Shown: piece after piece, positions 30,089-42,346 of the stretch
How the letters are laid out: every line of letters begins with the position of its first letter
Numbering within the stretch: the stretch's first letter is position 1
Source: an uncultured Chloroflexia bacterium
Lineage (GTDB): Bacteria > Chloroflexota > Limnocylindria > Limnocylindrales > CSP1-4
DNA length: 64,000 nt
Assembly (NCBI GenBank): GCA_963763775.1
Contig: CAVXPZ010000001.1
Span: forward strand, 736,001 to 800,000
Direction: 5' to 3'
The notes under the pieces: model-generated
The model's input: only the letters and a program-made list of their open reading frames with translations
Database searches by the model: none
Told to the model about the DNA's origin: nothing
Translations under genes and position numbers: made by a program

Positions 30089-31235
30089 ATGCCGAAACGA
30101 CCGACGAGCGCGGATGTGGCGCTGGCCGCCGGGGTGTCGCGGACGACCGTCTCGTTCGTGCTGAACGGTCGTCAGGACGTGAAGATCCCGCTCGAGACCC
30201 GCGAGCGAGTCCTGGCGGCGGCGGAACGAGCTCGGGTACCACCCGCATGCGCCCGCCCGCCAGCTCGCCGGCGGACGCTCGCACATCGTCGCACTCGTCC
30301 TGCACCAGACGCCCGAGCAGGTCGCCGGCGACGCCGTCCTGGCCGAGACGCTGCGTGGCTTCGCGTCGGCCGCGCGTGCGGCAGGGGCTTCCGGGTCATG
30401 GTCGAGCCCCTGGCACCCGACGGCCCGCACTCCACGTACACGGACCTGCTTCGCGCCCAGCACGCCGACGGCCTCGTCGTGTCCGGACCGCGTATCGACG
30501 ACCGATCCCTCCTGGAGCTGGTGCGCGATGGCTTCCCGATCGTGCTGCAGGGGTCGCTGCCCGACGTGGCGGTGTCGAGCGTCGACGTCGACAACGTCGC
30601 CGGCTCCCGGGGTGCGGTGGAGCACCTGATCGCCCTCGGGCATCGCAGGATCGCCTGCATCACCAACGCGCCGCTCGTCTACACGGCGGCCCGCGACCGG
30701 CTCGCGGGGTACCGCGAGGCGCTCAAGGCCGCCGGTATCGACGCTCGACCCGGCCCTCGTCGCGGAGGGCGGCCTTCGACGCCGCCGAGCGGCCACACCG
30801 CGATGGCCGGCCTCCTCGCGACCACGCTCCTTCGATGCCGCGTTCGTCGCGAGCGATGTCGTCGCGCTGGGCGCGATCGGTGCCCTGCGCGAGGCCGGGC
30901 GGCGGGTCCCTGATGACGTTTCGATCGTCGGCTTCGACGACATCCCGCTCGCGGGGTACTTCGATCCCCCTCTTACCACCGTGCGCCTGCCGGCCTTCGA
31001 GCTCGGCCAGGCTGCCGGACGGTCCCTCATCGACCGGATCTACGACCGACCGGTACCGGAGCGGACGCTGCTGCCGACCGAGCTCGTCATCCGGTCGTCG
31101 ACACGCCACGCCACCGCGGCGCGGAACGCGACCGACCGGGACGACCCGGTCACTGGAGGAGGCCGGCGTCGGACCACGGCGTCCACGCCCGGAGGAAGGC
31201 GCACGACGAGATCGTCGTCGCCGGGAAAGGAGTGA
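30089..31235 (+). CDS. LacI family transcriptional regulator (several frameshifts)
   Basis: TSADVALAAGVSRTTVSFVLN HTH; VDNVAG, LGHRRIA; later frames give VPDDVSIVGFDD, PPLTTV, TELVIRSST. Confidence 0.85.
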
Positions 31236-31240
31236 CACCG

Positions 31241-32630
31241 CATGCACATCGGCGTCAGACCGCCAGCGCCGGATGATCGCGCTGCTCGGCGGCAGCGGCG
31301 ATCGTCCTGGCGGCGTGCTGCATCGAGCGACGCTCGAGCTCCGCGCCCTGCGGCTGCCGACGTCCGCGGCGCATCGAGCGCGCCGACGACGGCCGCGTCC
31401 GCTGGCGAGTCGCCGGCCGCGTCGTCGGCGGCCAGCTCGGCGGCTCGGTCTCGGTCATCGGGACCTGGACCGGCGCCGAGCAGGAGTCGTTCATGGCGAT
31501 GGTCAAGCCCTGGGAGGACCAGACCGGCGCCAAGGTCCACTACACCGGCACGCGCGACATCAACGCGATCCTCTCGACCGGCATCGCAGTCCGGCCTGCT
31601 GCCCGACCTCGCCGGCCTGCCCGGCCCCGGCCAGATGCGCGGAGTACGTCCAGGCTGGCGCCCTCAAGCCGCTGAACGACGTCATCGACATGACGGCGTA
31701 CACGGCCGACACGGCGCCCGGCCTCGTCGACGCTCGGCACGGTGAACGACAAGCTCTACGGCGATCTTCATCAAGGCCGACATCAAGGGACTGTTCTGGT
31801 ACAACACCGGCGTCTACAAGGCGGGCGCGCCCGTCGACCTACGACGACCTGCTCGCGAAGGGCAAGCAGACCGCCGACGGGATCGGCGGCGATGCCAAGA
31901 CCTTCTGCGTCGGCCTGGAATCCGGGGCGGCTAGCGGCTGGCCGGGCTCCGACTGGGTCGAGCAGTTCGTGCTCAACCAGAGCGGCCCCGATGTCTACGA
32001 CAAGTGGGTCGCCGGGCAGCAGAAGTGGACATCGCCCGAGATCAAGCAGGCCTTCGAGGCATTCGGCAACGTCATCGCCAACACCTTCGGCGGCGGCAAG
32101 AACGCCAACGCCACCAACTTCGTCGCCTCCGGCGACAAGCTCTTCTCGAACCCGCCTGGCTGCGTCTTCGTCAACCACGGCGACGTTCATCACCGACGCG
32201 TTCAAGAAGACCGGTGGGGCGACGGACGGCCAGTTCGACTTCATCCCCTTCCCGACGATCAACCCGGCCTACGCGGGGGCGGTCGAGGGCGCGGGCGACC
32301 TGTTCGGCATGTTCAACGACACGCCGCAGGCCAAGTCGCTCATCGCCTACCTCACCACGCCGGAAGCCCAGTCGATCTGGGTCGGTCGAGGCGGCGCGCT
32401 GTCGGCCAACAAGCAGGTCACCGAACTACCCGAACGACATCCTGAAGAAGGCCGCGGCGGCACTCGTCGAGCGCGACGACCTTCCGGTTCGACGGCGGCG
32501 GACAACATGCCCCAGGCCATGAACGACGCGTTCTTCAAGGCCATCGTCAGCTACGCCCAGGATCCGTCCAAGCTGGACTCGATCCTGGCCAACCTCGATA
32601 GCGTCCAGGCGAGCTCCTACACGCCCTGTA
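31241..32630 (+). CDS. Sugar ABC transporter substrate-binding protein (alpha-glucoside, AglE-like); multiple frameshifts, ends approximate
   Basis: Fragments in several frames: WTGAEQESFMAMVKPWEDQTG, KGLFWYN, CVGLESGAASGWPGSDW, GDLFGMFNDTPQAKSL. Confidence 0.75.
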
Positions 32631-32697
32631 GCCAGCGATCGCCGGCGGGGCGGCATCGGCGCCGTCCTGCCGGCGCCCACCTCGACGCGGAGGCGTG

Positions 32698-33676
32698 ATG
32701 GATACCCGGCTCGTGGCGGCGATCCTCATCGTCGTCGGCCTTCCCGCCCTGTTGATCGGCTACATCCTGCTCATCGAGGCCGCTGCTCCGGCTGCTTCCC
32801 GGCCGCTGGCAAGCGGCGGCTCCGGCCGTGGCTCTGGATCGCGCCGGCGCTGTCGTTCCTCGGCTTCTTCCTCGTCTACCCGACGTTCAACACGATCCTG
32901 CTCAGCCTGCAGGACAAGTTCTCGAAGACGTTCGTCGGCCTGGCGAACTACCAGCTACTTCTTCAGCAGCCCCGACACGCTCGTCGTCGCTGCGCAACAA
33001 CGTCATCTGGCTGGTCCTGCTGACGGCGCTCGCGGTCGGGCTCGGCCTCCTGATCGCGGTGCTCGTCGACCGGGTCCGCTACGAACCGGCCGCCAAGTCG
33101 GTCATCTTCCTGCCGCTGGCGATCAGCTTCGTCGGCGCCGGGATCATCTGGCGGTTCGTCTACGACTACGCGCCCTCGGGATGAGCCGCAGACCGGTCTC
33201 GCTCAACGCCGCGGTCACGGCGGCCGGGCTCCCGCCGCAGACCTGGCTCCAGGACGCCCCGACCAACACGATCGCCCTGATCATCGTGGCCGTCTGGATC
33301 TGGACCGGCTTCTGCATGGTCATCCTCTCGGCCGCGCTCAAGAGCATCAGCGCGGAGCTGATGGAGGCCGCCCGCGTGGACGGCGCCAACGAGCTGCAGG
33401 TCTTCCGCCGGATCACGTTCCCGCTCCTCCTGCCGGCGATCGCCGTCGTCGCCACGACGATGGTCATCACGGCGCTCAAGGCGTTCGACATCGTCTACGT
33501 CATGACGAGCGGCAACTTCGACACGAACGTGGTCGCGAACCAGATGTACAAGGAGCTGTTCACGAACGGCCAGCCCGGACGCGGCCAGCGCGATCGCCGT
33601 GGTGCTCCTCGTCCTCATCGTCCCGGTGATGTTCATCAACATCCGGCGGTTCCGGCAGCAGGAGGCGATCCGATGA
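32698..33676 (+). CDS. Sugar ABC transporter permease 1 (frameshifted)
   Basis: NNVIWL, AKSVIFLPLAISFVGAG, WIWTGFCMVILSAALK, EAARVDGANE, LKAFDIV. Confidence 0.8.
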
Positions 33677-34593
33677 CCGTCGCAGCCACCACCGACCGCG
33701 ACGTGGCCGCGGCCAAGCCGCGCCGCCGGCCGGCGGAACTGGGGCCGCGCTCCTCCTCCACGCCTCGATCGTCGTGCTGATCATCATCTGGCTGCTGCCG
33801 ACGATCGGGCTGTTCATCAACTCGATTCCGGACGCCGATCGACGTCGCCCGGTACCGGCTGGTGGACGTCGTTCCTGCCGCCGTGGGACTTCACGCTCGA
33901 CAACTACGCTCAGGTCCTCGCCAAGAACGGGATCGGCGCAGGCGTTCGTCAACAGCCTGCTCATCACGATCCCGGCGACGATCATCCCGATCGCGGTCGG
34001 CTCGTTCGCGGCCTACGCCTTCTCGTGGATGACGTTCCCCGGGCGGGACTGGGCTCTTCGTGATCGTCGTGGCGCTGCTGGTCATCCCACTCCAGACGAC
34101 GTTCGTGCCGCTGCTCACGATGCTCGGGCCGAAGGGCATCCACCTCCTTGGCGCCGGCCGGGCGCCTTCGTCGCGGTCTGGCTCGCCCATACCGGGTACG
34201 GTCTGCCGTTCGCGATCTTCCTGATCACGCGGCTACATGCGCGGGCTGCCGCGGGAGGTCTTCGAGTCGGCGGCGATCGACGGGGCGGGCCACGCCTCGA
34301 TGTTCTTCCGGCTCGCGATGCCGATGAGCATCCCGGTGATCGCGGCGCTCGCGATCTTCCAGTTCCTGTTCGTGTGGAACGACCTGCTCGTCGCGCTGAT
34401 GTTCATCGGCGCGCAGAACGCGGCGAACCTCCCGTTGACGATGGCGATCGCGAATCTGTCGACCTCGCTCGGCGGCGACTGGCAACTCCTCATGGCGGCC
34501 GCGTTCATCTCCATGGCGCTGCCGCTGATCGTGTTCTTCGCGCTCCAGCGGTACTTCGTCCGCGGCATCACGGGCGGCGCGGTCAAGGGCTGA
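33673..34593 (+). CDS. Sugar ABC transporter permease 2 (frameshifted)
   Basis: NSLLITIP, AAYAFSW, HTGYGLPFAIFL, ESAAIDGA, FQFLFVWNDLL, QRYFVRGITGGAVKG. Confidence 0.8.
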
Positions 34594-34634
34594 TCGTCAG
34601 AGACGGGTGGGCGACCCGGCAGGCCGCGGCCCGG

Positions 34635-37364
34635 TCAGCGCTCGAGGCGATCCCGCAGGCGCGCGACCTGGTCCGCCAGCTCGGCCTCGCGGGCCCGTGC
34701 GCCGTCCACGACGGCCGGCGGGGCCTTGGAGGTGAAGGCCTCGTTGGCGAGGCGCGCCCGGGCCGCGGTCAGCCAGCCCTCGGCCTCGGCGAGATCGCGC
34801 TCGAGACGCGTCCGCTCGAGGGCGACCGAGTCCTCGCCGGCCTGGGTCGGCCGGATGCGCGCCTCGATGTCCCCGCCCGGGACGATGACCGCGAGGTCGT
34901 CCGCCGCGGCGGCCGCGTGAAGGGCTTCCGACGTCAGCGTGCGCTCGAGCGGCCTGGCGCGCGCGAGCCGCTCGATCCCCGGTCGCAACGCCTCGAACGA
35001 CGGGCCGATGTCGGACGGGACGTAGACGCGGGTCTCCAGCCAGTCGCCCGCCGGCACCTTCGCGGTGGTCCGCGCATTCCGGATCTCGGTGATCAACGCG
35101 ATGACGTCGGCCAGGTCGCGTTCGGCCGCGTCGTCCCGCTCGCCCACCGCGGGCCAGCGCGCCACGATGAGGAGACCCGGGTCGGTCGCACGGTGCGGCA
35201 GCGCGTCCCAGAGGGCCTCGGTGATGAACGGCATCACCGGGTGGAGCAGCCGCAGGTACGTGTCGAGGACCTCGACCATGGTCCACCAGGTCGCCTCGCG
35301 ATCGGCTGCCGGCGTGGCCTCGTCGGAGAGCCGCACCTTGGCGAATTCCACGCCCCAATCGCAGTACTCGTTCCAGATCGCGTCGTACAGGAGTCGCGTG
35401 ACCTCCCCGTAGGCGTGGTCCGCCATGGCGGCGTCCACGGCCGCGGTCGTCGCCGCGGCCCGGGACAGCAGCCATCGGTCGGCCGGTCCGAGATGGGCGC
35501 GGTCCGGCAGCCGTCGCTCAGCGTCGTCGGCGATCGTGTCGGGCCGCGCCCCGACGACGAACCGCGTCGCATTCCAGAGCTTGTTCGCGAAGTTCCGGGC
35601 GTTGTCGAGCTTGGCCGCCCCGAACCGCTGGTCGTTGCCCGGCGTCGTCCCGTGGATGAGCGCGAAGCGCAGCGCGTCGGCGCCCGACTCGTCGATCACG
35701 CCGAGCGGGTCCACGGTGTTGCCCGTGGTCTTGGACATCTTCTTGCCGAACGGATCGCGGATGAGCCCGGACAGGTAGACGGTGTGGAACGGCTCGCGGT
35801 CGGTCAGGTGCAGGCCCAGCATCACCATCCGGGCGACCCAGAAGAAGATGATGTCGTAGCCGGTCTCCATGACCGAGGTCGGGTAGTACGTCGCGAGGTC
35901 CGGCGTCTCGTCCGGCCATCCGAGGGTCGAGAACGGCCAGAGCCCCGAGCTGAACCACGTGTCGAAGATGTCCGGGTCCTGCTGGAGCTCCGATGCCGGT
36001 CGGCCGCAGGCCTCGCACGCGGTCGGGCCGGTCGCCTCAGCCGAGACCGTGACATGCCCGTCGGGGCAATACCACGCGGGGATCCGGTGACCCCACCACA
36101 GCTGACGGCTCACGTTCCAGTCGCGGATGTTCGTCAGCCAGTGCTCCCACGTCTTCTCGAACCGCTCGGGGAGGATCCGGATCCGCCCGGACCGGGTGGC
36201 GTCCAGGGCCCGGGCCGCGAGCGGCGCCGTCCGGATGAACCATTGCGTCTTGAGCCGCGGCTCGACGACGTCGTCGCTGCGCTGGCAGCGCCCGATGACC
36301 ATCTCGTGCGGCGCGCTGCCCACCAGGTCGCCCATCGCCTCGAGGTCCGCGACCATCCGGCGACGGGCCTCGTAGCGATCGAGGCCGTCGTAGACCGTGC
36401 CGGTCCCGGCGATCGTGGCGTCGTCGGCCAGGATCGTGATCGAGGCCAGCCCGTGCCTCCCGCCGGTCGCGTGGTCGTCGTGGTCGTGGGCGGGGGTGAT
36501 CTTGAGCGCGCCGGTGCCGAATGCCCGGTCGACGACCGCGTCCGCGATGATCGGCACGTCGCGATCGACGAACGGGATCCGGACGCGCCGGCCCACGAAG
36601 GCGGCGTAGCGCGGATCCTCGGGGTGGACCGCCACCGCCGTGTCACCGAGGATCGTCTCCGGCCGGGTGGTGGCGACGGTGATCGTCGCGTCGGGATCGG
36701 GCCGGCCGGTCGTCTCGTCGATGAGGTGATAGCGGATCGACCAGATCGTGCCGGTCTCCGGCGTCGCGATGACCTCGAGGTCGCTGACGCTCGTCATGCA
36801 GCCGGGGCACCAGTTGACGAGCGCTTCGGTCCGGAACGCGAGGCCGTCGCGGTACAGCCGCTCGAAGGCGACGCGGACGGCCTTCGCCGACCCGTCGTCC
36901 ATCGTGTAGCGGAGACGGCCCCAGTCGGCGGATGCGCCGACGCGGCGTTGCTGGCCGAGCATCACCGGCTTCGTGGAATCGCTGAAGGCGCGCATCCGCT
37001 CGAGATAGCGCTCGCGTCCCAGCGACGCCCGGCTCTCGCCTTCCCTGGCGAGGATCCCGTCGAGGACGAACTGCGCGGCGATGCTCGCGTGGTCGAGCCC
37101 GGGCAGGAACAGCGTCCGGTGTCCGCGCATCCGGGCGTGCCGGATCATCAGGTCCTCCACCGCGGTCCGCTGCGCGTGGCCGAGGTGGAGCGAGCCGGTC
37201 ACGTTGGGCGGCGGCTGGATGACGGTGAAGCTCGGCAGGGCGGCGTCGGCGGTCGAGCCGGCGCCGTCGGGCGCGAAGACGTCCGCGGCCATCCAGCGCT
37301 CGTAGATCGCGCCTTCGACCTCGCTCGGCGTGTAGGTCTTCTCGAGTATCGCCTTGGGTGCCAT
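34635..37364 (-). CDS. valS: Valine--tRNA ligase
   Basis: PPPNVTGSLHLGHA, DWNVSRQLWWGHRIP, DTWFSS, GYDIIFFWVARM, KMSKT, C-terminal coiled coil; Val T-box upstream. Confidence 0.97.
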   Translation of the reverse strand: MAPKAILEKTYTPSEVEGAIYERWMAADVFAPDGAGSTADAALPSFTVIQPPPNVTGSLHLGHAQRTAVEDLMIRHARMRGHRTLFLPGLDHASIAAQFVLDGILAREGESRASLGRERYLERMRAFSDSTKPVMLGQQRRVGASADWGRLRYTMDDGSAKAVRVAFERLYRDGLAFRTEALVNWCPGCMTSVSDLEVIATPETGTIWSIRYHLIDETTGRPDPDATITVATTRPETILGDTAVAVHPEDPRYAAFVGRRVRIPFVDRDVPIIADAVVDRAFGTGALKITPAHDHDDHATGGRHGLASITILADDATIAGTGTVYDGLDRYEARRRMVADLEAMGDLVGSAPHEMVIGRCQRSDDVVEPRLKTQWFIRTAPLAARALDATRSGRIRILPERFEKTWEHWLTNIRDWNVSRQLWWGHRIPAWYCPDGHVTVSAEATGPTACEACGRPASELQQDPDIFDTWFSSGLWPFSTLGWPDETPDLATYYPTSVMETGYDIIFFWVARMVMLGLHLTDREPFHTVYLSGLIRDPFGKKMSKTTGNTVDPLGVIDESGADALRFALIHGTTPGNDQRFGAAKLDNARNFANKLWNATRFVVGARPDTIADDAERRLPDRAHLGPADRWLLSRAAATTAAVDAAMADHAYGEVTRLLYDAIWNEYCDWGVEFAKVRLSDEATPAADREATWWTMVEVLDTYLRLLHPVMPFITEALWDALPHRATDPGLLIVARWPAVGERDDAAERDLADVIALITEIRNARTTAKVPAGDWLETRVYVPSDIGPSFEALRPGIERLARARPLERTLTSEALHAAAAADDLAVIVPGGDIEARIRPTQAGEDSVALERTRLERDLAEAEGWLTAARARLANEAFTSKAPPAVVDGARAREAELADQVARLRDRLER

Positions 37365-37384
37365 CGTCGCTCCGCCCCTGGGAT

Positions 37385-37620
37385 GCAAAACGCCCGCTCG
37401 TCCAGCGGACGAACGGGTCGTGGTACCACCTGCTGGTTCGGTGCCCGGGTCGGACCGCTCATCGCGGCCGGCGGTTCCTGGCACCCTCTCGACGCGCTAT
37501 CGGGCGTCGACCGTCACGGCTCGCGAGCGACCTTCACGTCAGGGGTTTCCCGTGCGGCTCGCACCGTCCCGCACTCGCTCGGGGGCCCGTCCCGACGCTA
37601 CTCTTCTCGGTCGTCACCGT
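37385..37620 (-). ncRNA. T-box riboswitch (Val) with intrinsic terminator
   Basis: Minus strand: GAAGAGTAG, GGTGCGAG loop, GAAG-GTC specifier (Val codon, 37529-37531), GGTGGTACCA T-box (37421-37430), hairpin CCCGTTCGTCC-GCT-GGACGAGCGGG then CGTTTT; TGCTACACT -10 upstream. Confidence 0.88.
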
Positions 37621-37784
37621 GAGGCCGGGAGTGTAGCACGCGGTCTCCAGCCCCCAAGACGGCGATCCAAGCCGGCCGGATGGGATCATCCGTCGAACGA
37701 CCGATGCCCGACGGCCCCCCAGCCGTTACCGTATCGAGCACCAGACTCACGTGAGACCGGTACACGAACAAGGAGGACGGCCAG

Positions 37785-38036
37785 ATGGCGAAGTTCATGG
37801 ACGTGCACGACGGGTTCTTCGGCGTGTCGGCGCAGCAGCTCGCCGAGGCGCATCAGCGCGACCTCGACCTCGAGGGTGACGAGGGCGTCCACTACGAGCA
37901 CGCTTGGCTCGATCCGGAATCGGGCAAGGTCTTCTGCCTGGCGACCGGGCCGTCGAAGGAGGCCGTGATGCGCGTGCACGAGAAGGCCGGGCACCCGACG
38001 CCCCAGGTCTACGAGGTCCCGATCGAGGTCTCCTGA
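37785..38036 (+). CDS. SCO4226-like nickel-binding / DUF4242 protein
   Basis: FMDVH, AEAH..DL, KVFCL..GPS.EAV..VH..AGH; AAGGAGG RBS. Confidence 0.85.
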   Translation: MAKFMDVHDGFFGVSAQQLAEAHQRDLDLEGDEGVHYEHAWLDPESGKVFCLATGPSKEAVMRVHEKAGHPTPQVYEVPIEVS

Positions 38037-38064
38037 CCGATCGGACGACCGGTTCGCCGAGCGG

Positions 38065-39375
<1,311 letters not shown>

Positions 39376-39390
39376 GTGCCCGTCTTGCTC

Positions 39391-40086
39391 CTAGTCCTTC
39401 GACTTCTTCGGCGCCGGCTCGGGCGTCTCCGCGACGGCCGAGCCTTCGCCGCCGGTCAGACCGGCGTCGTGTGCCTGCGCGATGAGCGAACTGCTCTCGA
39501 CCGCGTAGACCGCGTCGATGATGCCATAGTCCTTCGCATCCTCGGGAGACATGAAATGGTCCCGGTCCGTGTCCTTCTCGACCTTGTCGAGCGGCTGACC
39601 GGTGTGACGGGCCAGGATCCCGTTGTTGACCTTGACCAGATGCTCCCACTCGCGCATCTGGATCACGGCGTCGGGCGCATTGCCGCGGAAGCCGCCGGAG
39701 CCCTGGTGGATCATGATCCGGCTGTTCGGCAGCGCGTAGCGCTTGCCCTTCGCCCCGGCGGAGAGCAGCACGGCCGCCATCGATGCGGCGAGGCCGATGC
39801 AGATCGTGCTGACGGGGGCGCGCAGGTACTGCATGGTGTCGTAGATCGCGAGGCCCGACGTGACCTGGCCGCCTGGCGAGTTGATGTACAGGCTGATGTC
39901 CTTCTCCGGGTCCTCGGACTCGAGGAAGAGCAGCTGGGCGATCACGAGGTTCGCGAGGTGGTCCTCGATCGCGTCGCCGAGGAAGATGATCCGCTCGCGC
40001 AGGAGCCGCGAGTAGATGTCGTAGGCGCGTTCGCCACGACTGCTGGACTCGATGACCATCGGGACGAGCATCTTGGGTCTCTCCAT
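39391..40086 (-). CDS. clpP: ATP-dependent Clp protease proteolytic subunit
   Basis: [31 protein letters not shown]. Confidence 0.97.
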   Translation of the reverse strand: MERPKMLVPMVIESSSRGERAYDIYSRLLRERIIFLGDAIEDHLANLVIAQLLFLESEDPEKDISLYINSPGGQVTSGLAIYDTMQYLRAPVSTICIGLAASMAAVLLSAGAKGKRYALPNSRIMIHQGSGGFRGNAPDAVIQMREWEHLVKVNNGILARHTGQPLDKVEKDTDRDHFMSPEDAKDYGIIDAVYAVESSSLIAQAHDAGLTGGEGSAVAETPEPAPKKSKD

Positions 40087-40111
40087 CGTGTTCGCTGGTC
40101 TGGGGAAGCGG

Positions 40112-41536
40112 TCAGCCCGCGACGGCCGGTTCGTCCTCGAGGATCGAGCCCGGGTCGGTCGCCCCGATCGCCGCGTTGGCCTCCGCGCCGTCCCCGTCGA
40201 TGACCGACGGCTGGGCGTCCTCGAGATGGGGGAGTGGTGGATGCTCGGGGTGGTCGGCCAGCCAGCCGTCGACCAGGGTCTCGACGACGCGGCTGCGACG
40301 GATCGTGCTTCGGATGAACGCTCGACCGCGGTCGGATTCGAAGTAGTCGATGAGCTTCGGGTCGCCCGCGTATCGTTCGCGGCCTCGAGCCACCTCGGCC
40401 TGGATCTCGGCCTCCGGGACCTCGATCCCTTCGGCGTCGGCCACCTTCGAGAGCACGAGCAGGGTCTTGACCCGCTTCTCGGCGCCGGGCCGGAAGTCGG
40501 TGTGGAGATCGGCCTCGGTCTTGTCGACGACCTTGAGGTACGCCTCCTCCGTGATGCCCTGTCGCGCCAGCGAGCCGCGGAACTCGTCGTGCATGACCTC
40601 GACCTCCTGGTCGACCAGGATCTCCGGCAGGTCGAGCGTGGCGTTGGACACGGCGTACTCGATGATCTTGTCGGCGAACTCGTGCCGGGCGCGGTCGATG
40701 GCGTTGCCCTCGAGACGCTGCCGGATGTCGGCCCGGAGTGCCGGGAGGTCGGCGAAATCGCCGAGCTGGTGGATGAACTCGTCGTCGAGGTCCGGCTGGA
40801 CCTTCTCGCGCAACTCCTTGAGGTCGACCGCGAACTGGACCTCCTTGCCGGCGAGTTCCGGCTCCCCGTAGTCGTCGGGGAAGGTGATGTCGAATGCGGT
40901 CGACTCGCCCGGCGTCAACCCCAGGAGGTGGGTCTCGAAGCCGGGGACGAGCCGCTCCTGGCCGAGGATCAGGGGCATGCGCTCGGTCGTGCCGCCCTCG
41001 AAGGGCTCGCCGTCCCGCGTGCCGACGAACGCGATCACGGCGTAATCGCCGTCCTTCGCGCCGCGGTCCTCGACCGCGGCGAGCGTCGCGTTCTGGTCGC
41101 GCAGTTCCTCGACGACCTGGTCGATACGGGCGTCGTCGATCGTCTCGATCTCGGGCGCGAAGTTGAAATGCTTGTAGTCGCCGAGCGTGACCTCGGGCCG
41201 GACCTGGACCGACGCCTTGAAGATCAGCGGCTTGCCTTCCTCGGCCTGGACGACCTCGACGTCAGCGTTCGTGAGCGGGACGATGTCCTTCTCGACGAGC
41301 GCCTCGCGGTACGCCGTTTCGACGAGATGCTCGACGGCATCGTCGAGCACCGCGCCGGGTCCGAGCGCCCGCTCGAGCACGGGGCGCGGCGCCTTCCCGG
41401 GGCGGAACCCGGGCACGCGCGTACGCTTGGACAGGTGCTGCACGGCGTCGCGGATCGCGCGGTCGAGGCGATCTGGCGGGACCTCGATCTCGAGGTCGAG
41501 GGTGGAGTTGGGGCCTGGCGTCGTGGTGATCTGCAT
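40112..41536 (-). CDS. tig: Trigger factor
   Basis: PGFRPGKAP ribosome-binding motif, FKBP-like domain; tig-clpP-clpX synteny. Confidence 0.95.
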   Translation of the reverse strand: MQITTTPGPNSTLDLEIEVPPDRLDRAIRDAVQHLSKRTRVPGFRPGKAPRPVLERALGPGAVLDDAVEHLVETAYREALVEKDIVPLTNADVEVVQAEEGKPLIFKASVQVRPEVTLGDYKHFNFAPEIETIDDARIDQVVEELRDQNATLAAVEDRGAKDGDYAVIAFVGTRDGEPFEGGTTERMPLILGQERLVPGFETHLLGLTPGESTAFDITFPDDYGEPELAGKEVQFAVDLKELREKVQPDLDDEFIHQLGDFADLPALRADIRQRLEGNAIDRARHEFADKIIEYAVSNATLDLPEILVDQEVEVMHDEFRGSLARQGITEEAYLKVVDKTEADLHTDFRPGAEKRVKTLLVLSKVADAEGIEVPEAEIQAEVARGRERYAGDPKLIDYFESDRGRAFIRSTIRRSRVVETLVDGWLADHPEHPPLPHLEDAQPSVIDGDGAEANAAIGATDPGSILEDEPAVAG

Positions 41537-41636
41537 CGCCGGGGCAGTATAGGGCGGAGGCCGGTCCCCGGCCGGACGGGGGGCGTGGCGGCCCGGTCGC
41601 GCGATCAGTCGACCCGCCGGGCGGACCGGTGCGAGG

Positions 41637-41724
41637 TGGTAGGCGAGGTCGGGGTCGAACCGACACGCCGCTCACGCGGCACCGGCTCCTAAGGCCGGCG
41701 CGTCTGCCATTCCGCCACTCGCCC
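41637..41724 (-). tRNA. tRNA-Leu (anticodon TAG)
   Basis: GGGCGAG/CTCGCCT acceptor stem plus ACCA, GGAATGGCAGAC D-arm, CCGGC-CTTAGGA-GCCGG anticodon arm, long variable arm, GGTTCGAC T-loop. Confidence 0.95.
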
Positions 41725-41764
41725 GCCGCGAGTGTAGCCGGTCCTCCGAGGCGCCCGGTCTGCG

Positions 41765-42346
41765 TCAGACGCCCGTCGGCGGCTCCTCGTCCGGACCGCC
41801 CTTGGCGCCGCGGGCCTTGTCGCGGTCGGCGAGTTGCCGTTCGGCCCGGCCGCGGACATGTTCGAGGCGGTCGGCGAACCCGACCTCGTCCACGCCGAGC
41901 AGCCACTCCCCCGCCCGTTTGCCGGCACGTTCGAGCAGCGGCCGGGCGAGTGACAGCAACAGGATGTTGCGCGTCCCGCTCCGGTCGCGTGCGGCCTGCT
42001 TCGCGTAGCGCGCGAAGTCGCGTTCGATCGTGCCGCGGACCTGGTCGCCGTCGCTGCCGAGCGCCCGCAGGGACTTCTCGATCTCCTCGGGCAGCATCGA
42101 CTTGGGCAGCGGCTTCGTGGGGCCGCGGACGACGCGCTTGCCGGCCCGGAAGAGGCGCTGGGGTCCCTTGAGCGCCACGAACCCGACCCCGCCCGCGACC
42201 GCCGCGGCCTTCGCGGGGCTGCGCTTGACCTTCGCGGGGATGTCGATGGCGGCGCGGGCCGACGCTTCGAGATGCTCGAGCTCGGTCCCGAAGTCGGCTC
42301 GAGCCGCGATCACCCGATCCCGGGCGGCATCCGTCTCTGTAGCCAC
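41765..42346 (-). CDS. Hypothetical protein (DUF3618-like N-terminus), partner of the upstream membrane protein
   Basis: VATETDAARDRVIAARADFGTELEHL...; AAGGAG RBS; overlaps the upstream gene. Confidence 0.6.
   Translation of the reverse strand: MATETDAARDRVIAARADFGTELEHLEASARAAIDIPAKVKRSPAKAAAVAGGVGFVALKGPQRLFRAGKRVVRGPTKPLPKSMLPEEIEKSLRALGSDGDQVRGTIERDFARYAKQAARDRSGTRNILLLSLARPLLERAGKRAGEWLLGVDEVGFADRLEHVRGRAERQLADRDKARGAKGGPDEEPPTGV

Noticed and set aside
35725-35745. KMSKT instead of KMSKS in ValS
   Set aside because: Conservative variant; not evidence of altered function.
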